Shown piece after piece: positions 58,516 to 64,000 of a stretch of 64,000 bases of DNA. Source of the stretch: an uncultured Pedosphaera sp. Its GTDB lineage: Bacteria; Verrucomicrobiota; Verrucomicrobiia; Limisphaerales; AAA164-E04. The translations under genes and the position numbers were made by a program. A model generated the notes under the pieces. That model did no database searches. It was not told the DNA's origin and was given only the letters and a program-made list of their open reading frames with translations. The stretch's first letter is position 1. Each line of letters begins with the position of its first letter. The stretch covers positions 3,583,910-3,647,909 of the forward strand of contig OZ243981.1 in the NCBI GenBank assembly GCA_965214825.1, written 5' to 3'.

Positions 58516-61500
58516 TCAAGGCCAAAGCCGGCTCCGCACGCGGAAAAACCGGCTCGGCTCCTGCTGCGAACCTTCAATCAAAATCTCCCCCGCCTCAGGA
58601 GCGAAATCAAAACCCAACGCCTGCCACGAAACAGGCGGCCTCAACGAACTCGCCGCCTCCAATTGCAGCCGGCTCATCGCCGCCGGAGACAACGGCCCCC
58701 CCCACTCCGTTTGCAACCGCAGCCGAACCCCCGCCGCAGATTCCGCAACCCCCACCCAGGACAAAACCGGACGCAACCCCCGCAAGGCGACTGTATGAGA
58801 CGAACCCGCCGCTATCGCTACCACATCAGCCAAACCTGCCGGGACTCTTGTTTGCCTATAACGATTCCATCCCCAAGCCACAACCGTCCCATCCGATCGC
58901 AAGGCCGCTGTATGAGAACTCCCCGCAGCTATCGAAACCACATCAGCCAAACCCGTAGGCACATCCGTCTGCCCATAACGATTGTTGCCCCAAGCCACGA
59001 CCGTCCCATCCAAACGCAAGGCCGCTGTATGAGAACTCCCCGCCGCTATAGAAACCACATTGTCCAAACCCGCAGGCACATCCGTCTGCCCATCCCAATT
59101 GCTGTCCCAAGCCACGACCGTCCCGTCCGCTCGCAAGGCCACTGTATGCCAATCTCCCGCCGCTATCGATACCACATCGTCCAAGCCTGCCGGCACATCC
59201 GTTTGCCCCTCATAATTGCGGCTCCAAGCCACGACCGTCCCATCCGATCGCAAGGCCACTGTATGCTCCCAACCTGCCGCTATCGAAACGACATCATCCA
59301 AACCCGCAGGCACAGCCGTCTGCTCATAACCATTGTTGCCCCAAGCCGCGACTGTCCCATCCGATCGCAAGGCCACTGTATGCCCCCACCCCGCTGCTAC
59401 CGAAACGACATCATCCAAACCCGCAGGCACAGCCGTCTGCCCATAACCATTGTTGCCCCAAGCCGCGACTGTCCCATCCGATCGCAAGGCCACTGTATGA
59501 GACGAACCCGCCGCTATCGCTACCACATCAGCCAAACCTGCCGGGACTCTTGTTTGCCTATAACGATTCCATCCCCAAGCCACAACAACGCCGGGCTCTG
59601 GCCGCGGAAAAACCGCTAACGTTGCTTCCTCTTCAATCGAATCCCCGTCTGCATCCACAACCCGCACAGAGTAAGTTCCCGCATCCGAAAGCGAGACATC
59701 CGGCAACGTCAGAACGGAATTCGTGGCGCCGGGAATGGCCTCTCCTTCCCGAAACCATTGATAACTCAGGGAGCCGATACCCACAGCACTGATTCCAAAC
59801 CGCACTTGAAGACCTACCGGCACAGCGGCAGATGCAGGTTTTCGCCACACCAACGGAACCGCCGGCGGCGGACTCACCAAGGCCATTGTAGAATACCCGC
59901 CCGCCGCAATGGAAATTACATTCTCCAAACCTTCCGGAACATTCGCTTCCCCGGACCAATTGCGGCCCCAAGCCACGACCGTTCCATCCGATCGTAAGGC
60001 CGCTGTATGAGACGAACCCGCCGCTATCGAAACGACATCATCCAAACCCGCCGGGACATTCGTTTGCCCAGAATAATTGTATCCCCAAGCCACAACCGTC
60101 CCATCCGCACGCAAGGCCACTGTATGAGAACTCCCCGCCGCAATGGAAATTACATTCTCCAAACCTTCCGGAACATTCGCTTCCCCGGACCAATTGCGGC
60201 CCCAAGCCACGACCGTCCCATCCGATCGCAAGGCCACTGTATGCCAACCTCCAGCCGCTATCGAAACCACATCGGCCAAACCCGCCGGCACATCCGTTTG
60301 CCCATTCCTATTGCGGCCCCAAGCCACGACCGTCCCATCCGATCGCAAGGCCACTGTATGCCAACCTCCAGCCGCTATCGAAACCACATCGGCCAAACCC
60401 GCCGGCACATCCGTTTGCCCATTCCTATTGCGGCCCCAAGCCACGACCGTCCCATCCGATCGCAAGGCCACTGTATGCCAACCTCCAGCCGCTATCGAAA
60501 CTACATTGCCCAAGCCGGCCGGAACTCTTGTTTGCCCAGAACCATTGCTGCCCCAAGCCACGACCGTTCCATCCGACCGCAAGGCCGCTGTATGCCAACC
60601 TCCAGCCGCTATCGAAACCGCATCATCCAGGCCCTTCGGAACATCCGTCTGCCCCTCACCATTGGAGCCCCAAGATAAAACAACACCGGATTGCATCTCT
60701 GGACGCGGAAAAACGGTCAACGTTGCTTCCTCTTCAATCGCATCCCCGTCTGCATCTTCAACCCGCACAGAGTAAGTTCCCGCATCCGACAACGAGACAT
60801 ACGGCAACGTCAGAACGGAATTTGTGGCGCCGGGAATGGCTTCCCCTTCCCGAACCCATTGATAACTCAAGGGGTTGACACTCACGACTCCGATTTCAAA
60901 CCGCGCCTGAAGCCCTACCAGCACATTGGCAGATGCAGGTTTTCGCCACACCAGCGGAGTCGCCGGCGGCGGATTCACCAACACCGCTGTATGCCGGCTG
61001 CCGGCAGCAATCGCTACCACATTATCCAAGCCTGCCGGGACATCTGTCTGCCCATAACGATTGGAGCCCCAAGCCACGACTGTTCCATCCGCTCGCAAGG
61101 CCACTGTATGAGAACTCCCCGCCGCTATCGAAACCACATCGGCCAAACCCGCCGGCACATCCGTCCGCCCATCCCAATTGCTGCCCCAAGCCACAACCGT
61201 TCCATCCGCTCGCAAGGCCACTGTATGAGACGAACCCGCCGCTATCGAAACTACATTGCCCAAGCCGGCCGGAACTCTTGTTTGCCCAGAACCATTCCAA
61301 CCCCAAGCCACATCCGTTCCATCCGCTCGCAAGGCCACTGTATGCCAATCTCCCGCCGCTATCGATACCACATCGTCCAAGCCGGCCGGCACATCCGTTT
61401 GCCCAGAACCATTGGAGCCCCAAGCCACAACCGTTCCATCCGCTCGCAAGGCCACTGTATGAGAACTCCCCGCCGCTATCGATACCACATCGTCCAAGCC

Positions 61501-61821
61501 GGCCGGCACATCCGTTTGCCCAGAACCATTGGAGCCCCAAGCCACAACCGTTCCATCCGCTCGCAAGGCCACTGTATGAGAACTCCCCGCCGCTATAGAA
61601 ACTACATTGTCCAAGCCGGCCGGAACTCTTGTTTGCCCATCATCATTGGAGCCCCAAGATAAAACAACGCCGGCCTCCGGCGTTTCCTGGCCTTCGAGCG
61701 GCAATTCGGTTGAAAGGCAGAGAAGGCAAAGGAGCACTGCCGGTCGCCAGCGCGGGATAGCGGCGGAGTTTGATTTTGCTGGGCTGTCTGAAAGGGTTTT
61801 CATCGTTTGCATTGTTCTCAT
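58516..61821 (-). CDS. secreted RCC1-like repeat protein with Ig-like domains
   Basis: Signal-like N-terminus. More than 20 repeats of VVAWG.N..GQT.VPAGL..VVSIAAG..HT.ALR.DGT, interrupted twice by Ig-like modules (LSYQW.REGEAIPGATNSVLTLP.VSLSDAGTYSVRV). Confidence 0.85.
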   Translation of the reverse strand: MRTMQTMKTLSDSPAKSNSAAIPRWRPAVLLCLLCLSTELPLEGQETPEAGVVLSWGSNDDGQTRVPAGLDNVVSIAAGSSHTVALRADGTVVAWGSNGSGQTDVPAGLDDVVSIAAGSSHTVALRADGTVVAWGSNGSGQTDVPAGLDDVVSIAAGDWHTVALRADGTDVAWGWNGSGQTRVPAGLGNVVSIAAGSSHTVALRADGTVVAWGSNWDGRTDVPAGLADVVSIAAGSSHTVALRADGTVVAWGSNRYGQTDVPAGLDNVVAIAAGSRHTAVLVNPPPATPLVWRKPASANVLVGLQARFEIGVVSVNPLSYQWVREGEAIPGATNSVLTLPYVSLSDAGTYSVRVEDADGDAIEEEATLTVFPRPEMQSGVVLSWGSNGEGQTDVPKGLDDAVSIAAGGWHTAALRSDGTVVAWGSNGSGQTRVPAGLGNVVSIAAGGWHTVALRSDGTVVAWGRNRNGQTDVPAGLADVVSIAAGGWHTVALRSDGTVVAWGRNRNGQTDVPAGLADVVSIAAGGWHTVALRSDGTVVAWGRNWSGEANVPEGLENVISIAAGSSHTVALRADGTVVAWGYNYSGQTNVPAGLDDVVSIAAGSSHTAALRSDGTVVAWGRNWSGEANVPEGLENVISIAAGGYSTMALVSPPPAVPLVWRKPASAAVPVGLQVRFGISAVGIGSLSYQWFREGEAIPGATNSVLTLPDVSLSDAGTYSVRVVDADGDSIEEEATLAVFPRPEPGVVVAWGWNRYRQTRVPAGLADVVAIAAGSSHTVALRSDGTVAAWGNNGYGQTAVPAGLDDVVSVAAGWGHTVALRSDGTVAAWGNNGYEQTAVPAGLDDVVSIAAGWEHTVALRSDGTVVAWSRNYEGQTDVPAGLDDVVSIAAGDWHTVALRADGTVVAWDSNWDGQTDVPAGLDNVVSIAAGSSHTAALRLDGTVVAWGNNRYGQTDVPTGLADVVSIAAGSSHTAALRSDGTVVAWGWNRYRQTRVPAGLADVVAIAAGSSHTVALRGLRPVLSWVGVAESAAGVRLRLQTEWGGPLSPAAMSRLQLEAASSLRPPVSWQALGFDFAPEAGEILIEGSQQEPSRFFRVRSRLWP
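60193..60501. repeat. perfect 117-bp tandem repeat (about 2.6 units) inside the RCC1 gene
   Basis: Units starting at 60193, 60310 and 60427 are identical by eye (39 aa each, GWHTVALRSDGTVVAWGRNRNGQTDVPAGLADVVSIAAG). Confidence 0.9.
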
Positions 61822-61904
61822 GGAGAGGGCTATAGATAGGCGGTTTTTCGGGAGAAATCAAGTTTGGCGGCCAAGCGCAAACAGGAATGTCTGCGTCGCG
61901 CTGG

Positions 61905-63260
61905 TTACATTTGGGAGATGATGTTGTCGCCGAATTCGGAGCATTGGATTTCGGCGGCGTTTTCCATCAGGCGGGCGAAGTCGTAGGTAACGCGTTTGGA
62001 GCGGATGGCGGCGCCGAGTCCTTTTAACACGAGGTCAGCGGCTTGGCTCCATCCGAGGTAGCGCAGCATCATTTCGCCGCTGAGGATGACGCTGCCGGGG
62101 TTGACTTTGTCGAGGCCGGCGTATTTGGGGGCGGTGCCGTGGGTGGCTTCGAAGATGGCGTGGCCGGTGAGGTAGTTGATGTTGCCGCCGGGGGCGATGC
62201 CGATGCCTCCCACTTGGGCGGCGAGGGCGTCGGAGAGGTAATCGCCGTTGAGGTTGAGCGTGGCGATGATGTCGAAATCTTCCGGGCGGGTGAGGACTTG
62301 TTGCAGGGCGATGTCGGCGATGGCGTCTTTGATGAGGATGGCGCCGTTGTCAAGGGCGGTTTGTTGTTCGGCGTTGGCGGTTTGCTCGCCTTGCCGGGCT
62401 TTGGTTCGGTTGTATTGGGTCCAGGTATAGACTTTGCTGCCGAAGATGCGTTCGGCGGCGGCGTATCCCCAATCGCGGAAGGCGCCTTCGGTGAACTTCA
62501 TAATGTTCCCTTTGTGCACGAGGGTCACGCTGCGGCGTTGGCGGGCGAGGGCATAATCAATCGCCGCTTTGATCAAACGAATGGAGCCGACGGCGGAGAC
62601 GGGTTTGATGCCGATGCCCACTTCCACTGGCGGGGCGCTGTGTCCGGGGGAGGCTTGGCTCACATAGTCGTTGACTTTTTCCTGCGTTCCAAAGCGCACT
62701 TTGGCGAATTGTTCGGGAAAGTTTTCCCGCAGGAAATCGAGCACGGCCTGTGCTTCCGGCGTGCCGCCCCGGTACTCGATTCCGGCGTAAATGTCTTCAG
62801 TGTTCTCGCGGAAGATCACCATGTCGACTTTTTCGGGATGCTTTACCGGAGAAGGTACGCCGTCGAAATACTGCACTGGCCGTTGACAGACGTAGAGGTC
62901 GAGCTTCTGGCGCAAGGCCACGTTGAGAGACCGAAACCCGCCGGCCACCGGCGTGGTCAAGGGGCCTTTGATGCCCACCAGATATTTTTTGAAGGCGGCA
63001 ATTGTTGCGTCCGGCAGCCAGTTGTCGAACTTCTGCTTGGCGGCTTCTCCGGCGAACACTTCGAGCCAGACGATTTTTCTGGCGCCGCCGTAAGCCTTTT
63101 CCACTGCGGCATTGAGCGTGCGTTCGGCGGCCGCCCAAATATCCCTTCCCGTGCCGTCGCCGCGGATAAATGGAATCACAGGATTGTCGGGAACCTTCAG
63201 TTTCCCGCCGGAGAGGACAATGGGACGGCCTTCCGGCAGGGGATTGTCATGATACGCCAT
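61905..63260 (-). CDS. icd: NADP-dependent isocitrate dehydrogenase
   Basis: [71 protein letters not shown]. Collinear with E. coli Icd. Confidence 0.95.
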   Translation of the reverse strand: MAYHDNPLPEGRPIVLSGGKLKVPDNPVIPFIRGDGTGRDIWAAAERTLNAAVEKAYGGARKIVWLEVFAGEAAKQKFDNWLPDATIAAFKKYLVGIKGPLTTPVAGGFRSLNVALRQKLDLYVCQRPVQYFDGVPSPVKHPEKVDMVIFRENTEDIYAGIEYRGGTPEAQAVLDFLRENFPEQFAKVRFGTQEKVNDYVSQASPGHSAPPVEVGIGIKPVSAVGSIRLIKAAIDYALARQRRSVTLVHKGNIMKFTEGAFRDWGYAAAERIFGSKVYTWTQYNRTKARQGEQTANAEQQTALDNGAILIKDAIADIALQQVLTRPEDFDIIATLNLNGDYLSDALAAQVGGIGIAPGGNINYLTGHAIFEATHGTAPKYAGLDKVNPGSVILSGEMMLRYLGWSQAADLVLKGLGAAIRSKRVTYDFARLMENAAEIQCSEFGDNIISQM

Positions 63261-63304
63261 ATCGTGTTTATTGCAGAAACTCGCCGGCGGCGAGGAAGAG
63301 CAGG

Positions 63305-64000
63305 TTATGGAAAGGATGCCGCCGCCTCTTCGCGTGGCATTGCTTTGGGTTGAATGTCCACCATTGCCAGTTCGATTTTTTCCACGGCGGCGGCGGCGGT
63401 TAATCCATATTTTTCCCGGAGGTCGTTGGCGGAAGTGGCGTGTTCAATGAATTGGTCTGGCCATCCGATGCGCACTATGGGCGTCGCGATTTTCCGGTCA
63501 GCGAGCAGCTCGATCACGGCGCTTCCGTAACCGCCCGAAAGAACATGGTCTTCCATCGTCGCCACCACGTCGGCGGCGCGACCAAAAGACTCGGCGGTGC
63601 GGGCGTCGATGGGTTTGGTGAACCGCGGGTTGATCACCGCTGGATCATAGCCCCGTTCTGCCAACATCCCGGCCGCTTTTCGGGCCATTGAATGGAGGTT
63701 GCCGAGACCGAACAAGGCGATCTTGGGCTTTCCGTTATCTTGAAAATGGCTCGTTACTTCCGCCTTTCCAATATCCAGCAGTTCCGGCGTTTTCTTGATC
63801 GCCGCGCCTTCTGCTGCCCCGCGGGGGTAGCGAATGAAGGTTGGATGCTTTTCGCGCATTGCGGTGAACATCATATCGACCAATTCGTCTTCGTCCTTCG
63901 GCGCCATGGCGATGATGTTTGGCACGCAGCGCAGGTAGGCAATGTCGAACATGCCGTGGTGCGTCGGCCCGTCCTGGGGCGACAAGCCGGCGCGGTCCAT
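63305..64000 (-). CDS. dxs: 1-deoxy-D-xylulose-5-phosphate synthase, C-terminal part (5' end outside window)
   Basis: [34 protein letters not shown], transketolase C-terminal domain. The ORF runs off the window edge. Confidence 0.9.
   Translation of the reverse strand: MDRAGLSPQDGPTHHGMFDIAYLRCVPNIIAMAPKDEDELVDMMFTAMREKHPTFIRYPRGAAEGAAIKKTPELLDIGKAEVTSHFQDNGKPKIALFGLGNLHSMARKAAGMLAERGYDPAVINPRFTKPIDARTAESFGRAADVVATMEDHVLSGGYGSAVIELLADRKIATPIVRIGWPDQFIEHATSANDLREKYGLTAAAAVEKIELAMVDIQPKAMPREEAAASFP

Overview
This is a 64-kb high-GC bacterial chromosomal segment. The gene content (an H-X9-DG/DUF1559-type prepilin-like protein, a PVC-type heme-binding dehydrogenase, a lamin-tail+CotH giant protein and an RCC1-repeat surface protein) suggests the PVC superphylum, most likely a verrucomicrobium; this is inference only. 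Most genes are ordinary housekeeping or envelope genes: fmt, holB, aroQ, argC, nusB, ftsY, trpB, metK, ahcY, pdxH, glgP, rlmN, secA, addB/addA, icd and dxs. Five things stand out. (1) There are five short non-autonomous elements (four of about 161 bp, one of 120 bp). Each is bounded by ~22-bp terminal inverted repeats (TIRs) and an 8-bp target-site duplication (TSD), and their ends match a frameshifted IS1595-family element at 36.3-37.4 kb. One copy sits exactly in what was a GTGA stop/start overlap between secA and addB. (2) A ~6-kb mosaic accessory island (36317-42393) is bounded by these TIRs. It carries an orphan type I hsdS, two paralogous C-terminal fragments of a restriction-endonuclease-like gene, a truncated macro-domain gene, a small AT-rich membrane ORF and a tandem array of three pentapeptide-repeat paralogs. 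(3) A SahR-like ArsR/methyltransferase-fold regulator is divergent from metK-ahcY. (4) AT-rich orphan patches encode unrecognisable membrane-anchored and Cys-rich proteins. (5) The AddB nuclease core has an in-frame 78-bp insertion, and the RCC1 gene has perfect 117-bp tandem repeats. I saw no rRNA, tRNA or CRISPR array. I could not identify a complete, recognisable new multi-gene system; the island is the best candidate region and is flagged as such.
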